Positions 9,347 through 19,794 are shown, numbered from the stretch's first letter. The stretch: 54,101 nucleotides of DNA from Bacteroidales bacterium (GCA_041685495.1 JAWLFR010000004.1:1-54101); one strand, 5' to 3'. Numbers and translations are program-made. The notes: generated from the sequence alone by a model not told the origin.

Positions 9347-12121
9347 ATGAGTAAATGGTATATTGCTTCAGTTTTATTATTTTTCTTTTCCTATCATGCA
9401 GCAGACAGTCAGTCACTTGAGAATATGGGTCTTTCAACACGTGAGGGCCTGAACATTGAAAAGTTTATTCTTGATAATAATGATGAGCTTGGCAGTAATC
9501 TATCCCTGCCGGTATTCAGTTTTGAGTTAAACGGCAGCTATTATCTTTCAAGTGATGTAGATGTTGTACTGGCCGGGACAAGGTTTATGATGAGCTTTGA
9601 AAATTCCCTTAATGTTTCATTTACCTCTTTCGGAGGTGATCACCCCGGATGGCGGGGCAGGATACGTTTCAGGAACGATGGCACAGATACCATTGAAATA
9701 AGTAATGTGTTGCCCCTTGGTGAAAGTAATGATAATGTATATATTACAGGTAAAGGGCCATGGGATCTGGCAAGGGCTTATCTTCATCGTCCGGGATATG
9801 AACCGCTGAGGGTTATCCTTCCTGATAATGCCTGGGAGCTTGGCTTTACTGTCAGAAAGCTGGATGAAAAACAATCATTTGCCTGCCTGGCACGGAGGGG
9901 GAATAATGAGGAAGCTGTTATACGAAGGTACAGCACCCTCCTGCCACCCGGAGCTGATGTTTCCTTTGATCTTTACGGTGAAATGTTTACCGGCAGCTGG
10001 CAGGATGGTTTGAAACTGATGTTCAGGGACAGGTATTTACATGACCTGGCCGATTTTGATAACAGCCTCTATGAAAGAGAGGACCTTAAATGGATAAGGA
10101 AGAGTTACCTTACGGCCATGCAGTTTGCCTGGGATCAATCATTCTACGACAGGTTTAAAGGCAGCTACCGCTACGGACAGCAACTGAAAGAGTTCAATGA
10201 GCGTTTCGGTCAGCTCGATGCATACGGTATATGGCCAACATGGCCGCGTCTGGGGGTCGACAGGCGCAACCAGTGGGACCTGTATGATGATCTGCCGGGC
10301 GGAACAGATCAGCTTAGCAACTTTGCCAGTATGTCAAGACAGGCGGACACAAAGTTTTTTATAGCATATAATCCGTGGGACCGGAGCACCAGGCAGGAGA
10401 ATCCTTATGAGGGAATGGCCAGGTTGATAAAGGAGATAGGAGCCGATGGTGTGGTGCTTGATACACGGGGCAGCTCAAGCTATGAACTGCAGGAGGCGGC
10501 TGACAGTGTAAGGGAAGGGGTGGTGATGTATTCTGAGGGGATGGCCGTACCAAAGGATATGCCCGGTATAGTTGCCGGCAGGGTACATAATGCTATTTTT
10601 CTTGCACCCGAGTTAAACCTGAACAGGATAATAAAACCTGAATTTGCCATTTTCAGGGTATGTGATGTGGGTGAGGCAGCCCTTCACCGAGAGATAGCTG
10701 TTTCCTTTTTTAACGGTCAGGGTACGGAGCTTAACCTGTACAGGCCGGGTCGCTATCATCGGCTTGATAAGGATTATGATTTTCTGGCATCAACAATTAT
10801 GATACTCAGGGAGAATAATGATGCTTTTGCTGATAATGACTGGGTGCCGCTGCTTGATAGCGGAAAGGGAGGACTGCATATTAACAGCTGGCAGGGTGGT
10901 GATAAAACATTATTTACGGTTTTGAATATGGACCCCGCGGGGTATAATGAACCGCTGCTCAGAGTTGAAGAAAAGGACCCTTATCATTATGTTAGCCTGT
11001 GGCATCATAAAGCACTGGAACCAGTAAAGAAAGGGGATAGCTATTATGTTAATGTCAATACCTTGCCGTACCATGATGACAAAAAAGGGACGAGACTGGA
11101 AGGAAGCATTGACTGTATAGCCCGTTTTCCCAGGTTGCTGGATGTTGATATTGTGAAGGATTCACTTTATGTCAGCAGCAGGGTACCGGGAGAACTAAGG
11201 GTTTGGAATACAAGACCTTCATACCAGTCTGATGCCTTTGAAACGGAGATTGAAGACAGCGTGCAGCTTTATATACAGGGTGTATTCCCGGATTATGAGG
11301 GTAAGATAATAGTGCAGTTGCTTAATGAGGATATACTGTCTGATGAGGTAGTGGTAGAATTTAAAGGAGGTGAGCCCTGGCTTATAAGCCAGATGGAACG
11401 TACCGATGCCCACAGTGGTGAATACCCGGAAGATATGGTGCTGGTGCCAGCCGCCAATTTTAGCTATGAGCTGTCTCATAACGAGGACTTTATTCCTTAT
11501 CCTGCAAATGACCCGGACAGTGTTCATAAGCTTGATTCATTCCTTATAGATAAGTACCCGGTTACAAATGAGCAGTATTACAGGTTTATCAGCGAAACAG
11601 GCTATTACCCTGGTGATACGGTTAACTATCTTAAAAACTGGAACCAGGGCAGGTATGAAAACGGGAAAGATAACTACCCCGTAGTATATATCAGTCTTGA
11701 AGATGCCAGGGCCTACGCCCGCTGGGCAGACAAGAGGCTGCCCAGCGAAGCCGAATGGCAACTGGCAGCACAGGGCACCGATGGGCGTAAATGGCCATGG
11801 GGCGATGAATTTCACGGGACAAAATGTAATAATTCATTTGACAGGCTGACACCTGTTGATGCCTTCAGTAAGGGAGAGAGTCCATATGGTGTGGCGGACC
11901 TGGTGGGTAATGTATGGCAGATGACCGGTGATGTTTATGATAATGGCAGCCATTATTTCCTTATTATGCGTGGGGGAAGCTGTTATGACCCGGACTCCAG
12001 CTGGTGGTATGTCAGGGGGGGACCGCAGCCTCTGGATATGACACAGATGTTGCTGCTTGTATCACCGGGCTTCGACCGCAGTGCCACTGTCGGGTTCCGT
12101 TGTGTAAGGGATTTAAAATAA
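9347..12121 (+). CDS. Secreted protein with C-terminal FGE-sulfatase (SUMF1/EgtB/PvdO) domain
   Basis: Signal peptide; C-terminal PVTNEQY, RLPSEAEWQLAA, WPWG, DLVGNVWQ, RGGS, GFRC motifs. Confidence 0.85.
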   Translation: MSKWYIASVLLFFFSYHAADSQSLENMGLSTREGLNIEKFILDNNDELGSNLSLPVFSFELNGSYYLSSDVDVVLAGTRFMMSFENSLNVSFTSFGGDHPGWRGRIRFRNDGTDTIEISNVLPLGESNDNVYITGKGPWDLARAYLHRPGYEPLRVILPDNAWELGFTVRKLDEKQSFACLARRGNNEEAVIRRYSTLLPPGADVSFDLYGEMFTGSWQDGLKLMFRDRYLHDLADFDNSLYEREDLKWIRKSYLTAMQFAWDQSFYDRFKGSYRYGQQLKEFNERFGQLDAYGIWPTWPRLGVDRRNQWDLYDDLPGGTDQLSNFASMSRQADTKFFIAYNPWDRSTRQENPYEGMARLIKEIGADGVVLDTRGSSSYELQEAADSVREGVVMYSEGMAVPKDMPGIVAGRVHNAIFLAPELNLNRIIKPEFAIFRVCDVGEAALHREIAVSFFNGQGTELNLYRPGRYHRLDKDYDFLASTIMILRENNDAFADNDWVPLLDSGKGGLHINSWQGGDKTLFTVLNMDPAGYNEPLLRVEEKDPYHYVSLWHHKALEPVKKGDSYYVNVNTLPYHDDKKGTRLEGSIDCIARFPRLLDVDIVKDSLYVSSRVPGELRVWNTRPSYQSDAFETEIEDSVQLYIQGVFPDYEGKIIVQLLNEDILSDEVVVEFKGGEPWLISQMERTDAHSGEYPEDMVLVPAANFSYELSHNEDFIPYPANDPDSVHKLDSFLIDKYPVTNEQYYRFISETGYYPGDTVNYLKNWNQGRYENGKDNYPVVYISLEDARAYARWADKRLPSEAEWQLAAQGTDGRKWPWGDEFHGTKCNNSFDRLTPVDAFSKGESPYGVADLVGNVWQMTGDVYDNGSHYFLIMRGGSCYDPDSSWWYVRGGPQPLDMTQMLLLVSPGFDRSATVGFRCVRDLK

Positions 12122-13282
12122 TTTTATCTGCCTTGCACCGTCTCCGATTTCGGGAAGGTAAAAGTCGGCCTGCAGTCCGGTAGCCCCGGTGTAGGCTTTA
12201 CCCAGTGTTTCAATAAATTTGTCTGTCTGTTCTTTTCTTATAATGCTGACCGTGCATCCGCCAAAGCCGGCACCTGTCATCCTGCTGCCTGCGGTACCGC
12301 TTATCTTCCTGGCTTCGTCACTGAGAATGTCAAGTTCCTGTCCCGTTACCTCATAGTCATCCCGCAATGATGCATGGGACTCATTCATAAGGCGTCCAAA
12401 GCTGGTAATATCACCTTTTTTGAGTACCTCAACAGCCTGGAGAACCCTGTGGTTCTCGCTTATGACATGCCTGGCCCTTTTACGTACCGTAATGTCAGGT
12501 ATCAGTTCATCCAGCAGCTGCAGGTCCTCAATTCCCAGCTGGCTCAGGTGGCTTATTTCTGTTTTTTTATTCAGGTACCTTACCGCCTGCTCACATTCAG
12601 CCCGCCTCTCGTTATACTTAGAATCGGTAAGACCCCTTCTTTTATTTGTGTTACTGATAATAAGCCGGTAGTCATCAAGCACAAAAGGTACTTCTTCATG
12701 ATCAAGGTTATCACAGTTCAGCAGTATGGCCCTGTCTTTACGGCCCATGCCAACGGCAAACTGGTCCATAATGCCGCAGTTCATACCAACAAAGGTGTTT
12801 TCAGCATCCTGGCTCAGCTTAATAAGATCGAGGGTTGAAAGCCTGTTACCGTTTAAGCTGTTAACAGCTATGGCGGTGGCCATCTCTATTGATGCCGATG
12901 ATGAGAGTCCCGCACCATTGGGTATGTTACCGTAAAAAAGCATTTCCATGCCTGCGGGTGATATCCCTCTTTTCTTAAATCCTGCTATCACACCCAGGGG
13001 ATAATTTATCCAGCGTCCCTGGCTGTCCTTTACTATATTATCAATACTTAAGGATGCAGAGAATTCAAAATTCATGGTGTTAAGAAGCAGGCGCTTATCA
13101 TTCCTTGTCCTTACAAGCAGGTAGGTGCCATAATCGAGGGCACAGGGAAATACAAAACCATTATTATAATCTGTATGTTCCCCGATAAGGTTTACCCTGC
13201 CCGGGCTGAAAAAAATAACAGGTGCATCCGACCTGTTACCATATAATTTAAAAAACTCCTCTGAAAGATGTGAAAGCTCCAT
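12113..13282 (-). CDS. galK: Galactokinase
   Basis: PGRVNLIGEHTDYN, PNGAGLSSSA, CGIMDQ, RMTGAGFGGC; start taken at ATG 13282 (MELSHL), 1 nt after the dnaA stop. Confidence 0.96.
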   Translation of the reverse strand: MELSHLSEEFFKLYGNRSDAPVIFFSPGRVNLIGEHTDYNNGFVFPCALDYGTYLLVRTRNDKRLLLNTMNFEFSASLSIDNIVKDSQGRWINYPLGVIAGFKKRGISPAGMEMLFYGNIPNGAGLSSSASIEMATAIAVNSLNGNRLSTLDLIKLSQDAENTFVGMNCGIMDQFAVGMGRKDRAILLNCDNLDHEEVPFVLDDYRLIISNTNKRRGLTDSKYNERRAECEQAVRYLNKKTEISHLSQLGIEDLQLLDELIPDITVRKRARHVISENHRVLQAVEVLKKGDITSFGRLMNESHASLRDDYEVTGQELDILSDEARKISGTAGSRMTGAGFGGCTVSIIRKEQTDKFIETLGKAYTGATGLQADFYLPEIGDGARQIKLF

Positions 13283-13283
13283 T

Positions 13284-14714
13284 CTATACCTTGATCTTTT
13301 TTTCAATTTCTGTTATCTGATTCCTGAAATGCTTATCGGTATCAATCAGGTTATTAACTGTTTTACAGGCATGCAGCACTGTAGCATGGTCTTTGCCCCC
13401 TATCTGGGATCCTATACTTGCCAGTGATGCTTTTGTCAGGCTTTTGCTGAAGAACATGGATACCTGTCTGGCCTGGACAATCTCCCTCTTCCTTGTCTTG
13501 CTCTGCATCAGGTCAATGGGTATCCTGTAATAATCGCATACAATCTTCTGGATAAAGTCAATTGTGATCTCCCTTGTTGTGTGCTTTACGAGCTTGTCAA
13601 TCATCTGCCTTGCCAGCTCCAGGGTTATCTCTTTCCTGTTAAGTGTTGACTGGGCATAGAGTGAGATAAGCACTGCTTCCAGCTCTCTTATATTATTGGC
13701 TATATTGGCAGCCAGGTATTCAAATATCTCATCATCAAGCACAATACCATCGTTATATGCTTTCTTTTTCAGGATGGCCAGCCTTGTTTCGTAATCAGGC
13801 TTCTGCAGGTCGGCCAGCAGTCCCCACTTAAATCTTGACAACAGCCGCTGCTCCATTCCCTGAAGTTCTACGGGCGGACGGTCACAGGTGAGTATTAGTT
13901 GCTTACCGCTCTGATGCAGGTGGTTGAAAATATGAAAGAAAGTGTCCTGTGTCTTTTCCTTCCCTGCAAATTCATGCACATCATCCAGTATAAGCACATC
14001 TATCATCTGGTAGAAATGCAGGAAGTCGTTTTTATTATTATTCCTTATTGATTCAACAAACTGCGTCTGGAATTTATTGGCATTCACATACAGAACGACT
14101 TTCTCAGGGAAATCTTCCTTTACCTGTATACCTATGGCCTGTGCCAGGTGTGTCTTGCCCAGTCCGGAGTCGCCATATATCATCAGCGGGTTGAATGCTG
14201 TGCCGCCGGGATTAGCTCCGACTGCCATACCGGCTGAGCGGGCCAGCCTGTTACAGTCGCCCTCTATGAAGTTCTGAAATGAATAATCCGGATTTAACCT
14301 TGGATCAAAATGTACTTTTTTTATCCCCGGTATGACAAAAGGATTCTTTATTGAAGACTGAGCCGCCTCATAAGGTACCGATACCGGTTTGTTTTTAAGG
14401 TCAGTTTTATTACTGGATGGATATTTGACCGTATAGGGTTTACCGTTAGAGAACTGTGTATTCTCCATAACCACGTTATACTCAAGTTTTGCATCATTGC
14501 CAACTTCTCTCCTGAGGGTCTTTCTCAGAACGTCAATATACTGTTCTTCCAGATATTCATAAAAGAAGGGGCTTGGTACCTGGATGGTTAAAACATTATT
14601 TTTAAGCCTCAGAGGCACTATGGGCTCAAACCATGTCTTATAACTAATCGATGGTATAATATCCTTTATAATCCTGAGACACGCCTCCCATACCTCATGA
14701 TGTGATTTGTTCAT
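13284..14714 (-). CDS. dnaA: Chromosomal replication initiator DnaA
   Basis: FNPLMIYGDSGLGKTHL, ILDDV, RLLSRFKWGL, domain IV GGKDHATVLHAC. Confidence 0.98.
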   Translation of the reverse strand: MNKSHHEVWEACLRIIKDIIPSISYKTWFEPIVPLRLKNNVLTIQVPSPFFYEYLEEQYIDVLRKTLRREVGNDAKLEYNVVMENTQFSNGKPYTVKYPSSNKTDLKNKPVSVPYEAAQSSIKNPFVIPGIKKVHFDPRLNPDYSFQNFIEGDCNRLARSAGMAVGANPGGTAFNPLMIYGDSGLGKTHLAQAIGIQVKEDFPEKVVLYVNANKFQTQFVESIRNNNKNDFLHFYQMIDVLILDDVHEFAGKEKTQDTFFHIFNHLHQSGKQLILTCDRPPVELQGMEQRLLSRFKWGLLADLQKPDYETRLAILKKKAYNDGIVLDDEIFEYLAANIANNIRELEAVLISLYAQSTLNRKEITLELARQMIDKLVKHTTREITIDFIQKIVCDYYRIPIDLMQSKTRKREIVQARQVSMFFSKSLTKASLASIGSQIGGKDHATVLHACKTVNNLIDTDKHFRNQITEIEKKIKV

Positions 14715-14734
14715 GTAGATTAGTGGTTAATAAT

Positions 14735-14743
14735 TTTTACACA
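14735..14743 (+). promoter_or_regulatory. Putative DnaA box (TTTTACACA)
   Basis: Matches TTWTNCACA, 20 nt upstream of the dnaA start; could be autoregulatory. Confidence 0.35.
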
Positions 14744-14936
14744 GGTCAAAATCAGAAGCAATATTTGCAAAAAAAAACATGAAAAAAAAAATTATTTTTG
14801 CTTGACTTTTTCAATTTAATTCTATGGCATTAGCTTTCAACTGATTAAAAATCAAAAAAAGTTTTATATTATTAAAGTCCAGTATATCAGCTAATTAGAT
14901 CTTTATTATGAATTCTCCTCAGCTGTAAAGCCCATG

Positions 14937-15887
14937 CTATGGGGATTTATTTTTTCTTCCGAACAGGGAAAAGTTGACATATCGACCGGGATTGGATTTA
15001 ATATCTTCAAGCAGCAGGTTTAATTGCTCAAGATTCATGCTTAAACTGGTATATAATGAGTCGTCATTGAATAAAAGGCCTGCAGATCCTTCACCATTAT
15101 TTATCTTTTCAAGCAATAATGCCGTTTCATTTGCTGCCTTATTAATATTATGGATTGAATTTTTGATTTCAGATTCTGACAGCTCGTCTGTCAGTTGTGT
15201 TATATTATTTATTGTTGTATCAAGGGCTCCGGAGTTTTTATCCAGCATGGCGGTAAACTTATCCAGCCTTGTGATAATATTGGTTAAATTATCAGCTGAA
15301 TTGCCAATCAGAGTATCCAGTTTATAAGTTGCATTTTCAATATTTTCCGAACTCCCTGTAATATTTTTTTCAAACTCAGCCGTGAAGATGCTGTTTAGTG
15401 CCACCAGCAGTGAGTCAATAGATGATATTAAGGGACCGGTACTTTTAACCAGTGGTGATAGTTCGTCATCCAGCCTGTTTATTATACCCCTGTCAAGCCG
15501 CGACTTTATTGTATCACCCTTATCGTGAAACACGGTATTTCCCCCCATATTGAGGCGTATTTTCTTTCCTCCCAGCATTGTTTCCGGTGTTATCTCCGCT
15601 ATTGTACCCACAGGCAGCTTATAATTACTGTTGATGCCAATATTTACAAGCAGTTTACCTGAACCGTCATTAATAAACATTATATCTCTCACGGTACCTG
15701 CTTTATAACCGTTGATCTCTACCGGACTTGATTCTTCAAGCCCTGCAATATCTTCGTAAACAGCATAATAATTGTCGTTACTGTTGAACAGGTTCTTGCC
15801 TTTGAGAAAGTTGAACAGCCATATAAAAATAATAATGGTTAAAACAGCTGCCAGGCCTATAATAATCTCCTTTGATAATTTTTTCAT
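14937..15887 (-). CDS. MlaD/MCE-family protein
   Basis: N-terminal TM, GLEESSPVEINGYKAGTV MCE motif, coiled coil, NPGRYVNFSLF tail; start taken at MKKLSKE (15887). Confidence 0.88.
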   Translation of the reverse strand: MKKLSKEIIIGLAAVLTIIIFIWLFNFLKGKNLFNSNDNYYAVYEDIAGLEESSPVEINGYKAGTVRDIMFINDGSGKLLVNIGINSNYKLPVGTIAEITPETMLGGKKIRLNMGGNTVFHDKGDTIKSRLDRGIINRLDDELSPLVKSTGPLISSIDSLLVALNSIFTAEFEKNITGSSENIENATYKLDTLIGNSADNLTNIITRLDKFTAMLDKNSGALDTTINNITQLTDELSESEIKNSIHNINKAANETALLLEKINNGEGSAGLLFNDDSLYTSLSMNLEQLNLLLEDIKSNPGRYVNFSLFGRKNKSP

Positions 15888-15888
15888 A

Positions 15889-17013
15889 TTATTTTCTCCG
15901 TGTTTGTTCAATAGCCTCCTGCAGGGGAATGATTTCATGGTTTTTGACTGCTATCACAAAAGCATCAGGAAACCTGGAACTCAGCTCCTTCCTTCTTTCG
16001 GCTGCTTCATTGTATGTACTGTAACTGCCGGTGGCATACTTAAAATATTTACCTGACACTATTTCCGTTATCTCTCCCAGCCCCATAAACTCTTCCGGCA
16101 TCTCTTCCTTTTTTTCGGATGATGTAGCCAGCTGTACCATAAACCATATTTCATCATTATTGTTTTCGCTTGCACCGGGGGTACTAAAATCACTTTTATG
16201 GTCAATAGCCAGCTTGTAATCCCTGAATGCCCTGAAAATGGCTGATGCAATGTAATCCTGTCCCTGCTCTGACATAAGAAAGCGTTCATCCTGCCCGTTG
16301 GTAAGAAACCCTGCTTCCACCAGCACGCTTGGCATTGTGGTCTGCCATAGTACAATCAGTCCTGCCTGCTTTACACCACGGTCGCTCAGACCCACACGTG
16401 TCCTGAACTGATCCTGTATATAATTGGCAAAATTAAGGCTCTGCTCAAGATAGATATTCTGCATCAGTGAGAAAATAATGAATGACTCGGATGAGTTGGG
16501 GTCATAGCCCTGGTATCTTTTAGTGTAGTCCTCCTCAAGTGTTATCACCGAGTTTTCTTTCATGGCCACTTCAAGGTTTCCCTGGTCCTTATGTATACCC
16601 ATTACAAATGTTTCAGAGCCCCTTATCCTGCCATCCCTGAAACCGTTGCAATGTATTGAAATAAAAAGGTCGGCCTGGGCCTTGTTGGCTATCTCGGCCC
16701 TTTTATACAGTTCAACAAATTCATCATCTTCTCTTGTGTATATTACCTTTACGCCTTCCATCAACTCATTAATATATTTCCCTGTTTTCAGTGCTATTGC
16801 CAGAGTGATGTCTTTTTCCCTGCTTTTCCTGCCCAGGGCGCCGGAATCTTTGCCTCCGTGACCGGCATCAATAACAACCACCCATTCATTTTCCTGTGGC
16901 TTATCCGCTTTAACACCGGATGGCAGAAGCAGTAATAAACCGGCTGTCAGTAATATAAAACAGGCACCGCTGAATATGGTATAATGTTTGTATTTTTTAA
17001 TCCTGCTCTTCAT
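15889..17013 (-). CDS. N-acetylmuramoyl-L-alanine amidase (Amidase_3)
   Basis: VVIDAGHGGKDSGA, EKDITL, FISIHCN, PSVLVEAGF; SPOR-like C-terminus. Confidence 0.95.
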   Translation of the reverse strand: MKSRIKKYKHYTIFSGACFILLTAGLLLLLPSGVKADKPQENEWVVVIDAGHGGKDSGALGRKSREKDITLAIALKTGKYINELMEGVKVIYTREDDEFVELYKRAEIANKAQADLFISIHCNGFRDGRIRGSETFVMGIHKDQGNLEVAMKENSVITLEEDYTKRYQGYDPNSSESFIIFSLMQNIYLEQSLNFANYIQDQFRTRVGLSDRGVKQAGLIVLWQTTMPSVLVEAGFLTNGQDERFLMSEQGQDYIASAIFRAFRDYKLAIDHKSDFSTPGASENNNDEIWFMVQLATSSEKKEEMPEEFMGLGEITEIVSGKYFKYATGSYSTYNEAAERRKELSSRFPDAFVIAVKNHEIIPLQEAIEQTRRK

Positions 17014-19794
17014 GCTATGAAGATGATTTTAATTAGTTTTACTCCGTTTAAAAACAACAATACAAAAATAGTACTAAACTTATATACTATTTCAGCGAAA
17101 AAGATACATATTATCCTCATAAGTGCTTTTTTATCAACAATGCTGTACGGACAGGAGACCCAAAGGGTGCCTGATTCCTTATTGTCTGTAAGGGATACGG
17201 CTGCCTATATGCAGGATACCTTGCGCATTGACTCTGCAGCTGTGGATACCACGAATATAAGACGGATAACAATATCACCTGATGCCGTTGATATGCCAAT
17301 AGTGTACAGTGCCATTGATACCCAGTATTATGATATGAGGGAGCAGAAGGTGTATATGGTGAATAATGCCTCGGCTGTTTATGGAAATATAAGCCTTAAT
17401 GCCTATTATATGGTACTTGACCTTAATAAGGGAGAGGTGTATGCATACGGACGCAGAGACTCAACCGGCACGCTTGTAGATATTCCACAGTTCAGGGACG
17501 GTGATGAAGAGTTTGAGGCAGACACGCTTACCTATAATTTTAAAAGCAAAAGAGCTATTATAAGAAATATAGTGACAGAAGAAGAGGAAGGTTTTTTGCA
17601 CAGTGAGGTTACCAAGCGCCATGATGACGGATCATTGCATGTCAAGGGCAGCAAGTACACCACATGCGATGCCCCTCATCCGCATTTTTATGTCCGCCTG
17701 CCAAAAGCAAAAGTCATACCTGATGAGAAAATTGTATCAGGACCTGCTTACCTGGTTCTGGAAGATATTCCACTGCCCCTTATACTGCCTTTTGGTTATT
17801 TTCCTGTACAAAAAGAGTATGCTTCAGGTATACTTATACCAAAATATGGTGAGGAGAATAACAGGGGGTATTTTTTGAAGGACCTGGGTTATTATTTTGC
17901 TATAAGTGATTATATGGATCTTCAGTTTACAGGAGACCTGTACACTAACGGCACCTGGCGTCTCACTGCTGCCAGCAATTACAGGAAACGGTATAAATAT
18001 AATGGTAATTTAAGTCTTAATTATGCAAATAATGTAACAGGCTATAAAGGTCTGGAGAATTACACGCAGAGCAGCAATTATTCTATAAGATGGTCACATT
18101 CCCAGGATGCGAAGGCAAAGCCCGGAACACGTTTTTCCGCCAGTGTCAATATGAGCTCTTCGGGTTTTGACAGGGAAAACAGCTATAATGTAGATGAACA
18201 TGTCAGAACAACCAAGCAGTCGAGCATAAGCTATACAAAGACATGGGCGGGCACCCCTTTTAACTTCTCCTCAAGCCTTAATCACAGCCAGAATTCATCC
18301 TCAAACACTGTCAACCTTAACCTGCCAAGGATAAGCTTTGGCATGTCGAGGATATATCCTTTAAAGACCATTGACACCGGGGGTACAACAAAATGGTGGC
18401 AGGAGATGCAACTGCAGTACAGTGCCAACCTGGATAACAGGATATCATCCACTAACGACAGGATGTTCAGCAGCGAGATGTTTGAGGATATGAAAAACGG
18501 CTTTAAGCATGAGATACCCATAAGCTTACCCATAAGGCTTTTTAATAATTTTTCCATATCACCGAGCCTGAGGTATTCAGGTGTTCTGTTTACCGAAAGA
18601 ACCACAAAGAGGTGGGATCCTGATTATTATGATCCACAGGCGGATGATACCATAAGCACGGTTGTGAGTGAGCAGGAGCAGGGTTTCTTTTACGGACATG
18701 CAATTAACCCTTCTGTCAGCGCCAGCTACAGTCCCCAGATATTCGGCACCTTTCAGTTTACCAACCCCGATTCACGAATAATTGCCATACGTCATGTGAT
18801 GAAGCCCTCTGTTTCTTTTTCCTTTGTTCCTGTTCTGGACGGTCTTTCCTCGGATATGTACAGGGAGGTTCAGACTGATGAAGAAGGCAATACAAAAGAG
18901 TATTCAATATATGAGAATGGCATTTACAGCACCCCTTCCTTATCTCGAAAGAGTGGAAACCTTAATTTCTCCCTGAGTAATATTATTGAAGCGAAGGTCA
19001 GACCAAAAAATGATACCACCAACACCGAAAAAAAAGTTAAAATAATTGAAAATCTCAGTATTAACACATCTTATAATATTTTTGCTGATTCATTGAACTG
19101 GAGTCCTTTATCCATGGTGTTGAGAACCAGGCTATTTGAGGAGCTCAGTATTTCCACAAGGGGTAATTTTGATGTATATGCAACTGATTCATTGTTCAGG
19201 CGTATCAATACAAGTGAATGGTCAGCCAGCAGGAGGCCCCTGAGAATGACAAATTTTAACCTGAGCCTTAATTTCGAGCTGAATAAATTATTAAAGTCCT
19301 TTATGCCGGCCGGGGATAATAAGAGCGGGTCCTCTTCCGGCAGACAGGCAGATAGCCCGCCACCAGGATCACAGGCTGGCGGGTCCCGGTCAGGCAATCC
19401 GGGTTCAGACAACGGCGGGCAGTCAGAACCCGGAGGCTTTTATGATGAGTATGGTTATGTCGATTTTAGTGTTCCCTGGACCATGAGAGTTGCATATAAC
19501 CTTAATTATACCAGGAACAGGGAGGAGCCGACCATTAATCAGAATATGACAATGAGCGGTAATGTTACACTCACAAAGAATTTTGCTCTTACCTATTCAA
19601 CGGGTTATGATTTCCGCAGCAAGGATATAACAATGACAAGGATAGGCATATCGCGTGATCTGCACTGCTGGGAGATGAGCTTTAACTGGATACCTACCGG
19701 CTACCTTAAAAGCTGGGATTTTACCATACGTGTTAAAGCCAGTGTACTGCAGGATCTTAAATATGAGCGGAGGAAAGATTTTCATGACAATTAA
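16984..19794 (+). CDS. lptD: LPS assembly protein LptD (Bacteroidota type); true start uncertain and probably downstream
   Basis: YTTCD..HPHFY motif, beta-barrel-like body, RDLHCWEM..W.P.G C-terminus; divergent from the amidase. Confidence 0.85.
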   Translation: MFVFFNPALHAMKMILISFTPFKNNNTKIVLNLYTISAKKIHIILISAFLSTMLYGQETQRVPDSLLSVRDTAAYMQDTLRIDSAAVDTTNIRRITISPDAVDMPIVYSAIDTQYYDMREQKVYMVNNASAVYGNISLNAYYMVLDLNKGEVYAYGRRDSTGTLVDIPQFRDGDEEFEADTLTYNFKSKRAIIRNIVTEEEEGFLHSEVTKRHDDGSLHVKGSKYTTCDAPHPHFYVRLPKAKVIPDEKIVSGPAYLVLEDIPLPLILPFGYFPVQKEYASGILIPKYGEENNRGYFLKDLGYYFAISDYMDLQFTGDLYTNGTWRLTAASNYRKRYKYNGNLSLNYANNVTGYKGLENYTQSSNYSIRWSHSQDAKAKPGTRFSASVNMSSSGFDRENSYNVDEHVRTTKQSSISYTKTWAGTPFNFSSSLNHSQNSSSNTVNLNLPRISFGMSRIYPLKTIDTGGTTKWWQEMQLQYSANLDNRISSTNDRMFSSEMFEDMKNGFKHEIPISLPIRLFNNFSISPSLRYSGVLFTERTTKRWDPDYYDPQADDTISTVVSEQEQGFFYGHAINPSVSASYSPQIFGTFQFTNPDSRIIAIRHVMKPSVSFSFVPVLDGLSSDMYREVQTDEEGNTKEYSIYENGIYSTPSLSRKSGNLNFSLSNIIEAKVRPKNDTTNTEKKVKIIENLSINTSYNIFADSLNWSPLSMVLRTRLFEELSISTRGNFDVYATDSLFRRINTSEWSASRRPLRMTNFNLSLNFELNKLLKSFMPAGDNKSGSSSGRQADSPPPGSQAGGSRSGNPGSDNGGQSEPGGFYDEYGYVDFSVPWTMRVAYNLNYTRNREEPTINQNMTMSGNVTLTKNFALTYSTGYDFRSKDITMTRIGISRDLHCWEMSFNWIPTGYLKSWDFTIRVKASVLQDLKYERRKDFHDN
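17063..17070 (-). promoter_or_regulatory. -7 element (TATTTTTG) for amidase-mlaD
   Basis: CAAAAATA on + strand, ~50 nt upstream of the amidase start. Confidence 0.45.

Noticed and set aside
13283-13306. galK start at 13306 as in the ORF track
   Set aside because: Overlaps dnaA; the ATG at 13282 gives a typical GalK length
15888-15938. mlaD start at 15938 as in the ORF track
   Set aside because: Overlaps the amidase; the ATG at 15887 directly precedes the basic n-region and TM
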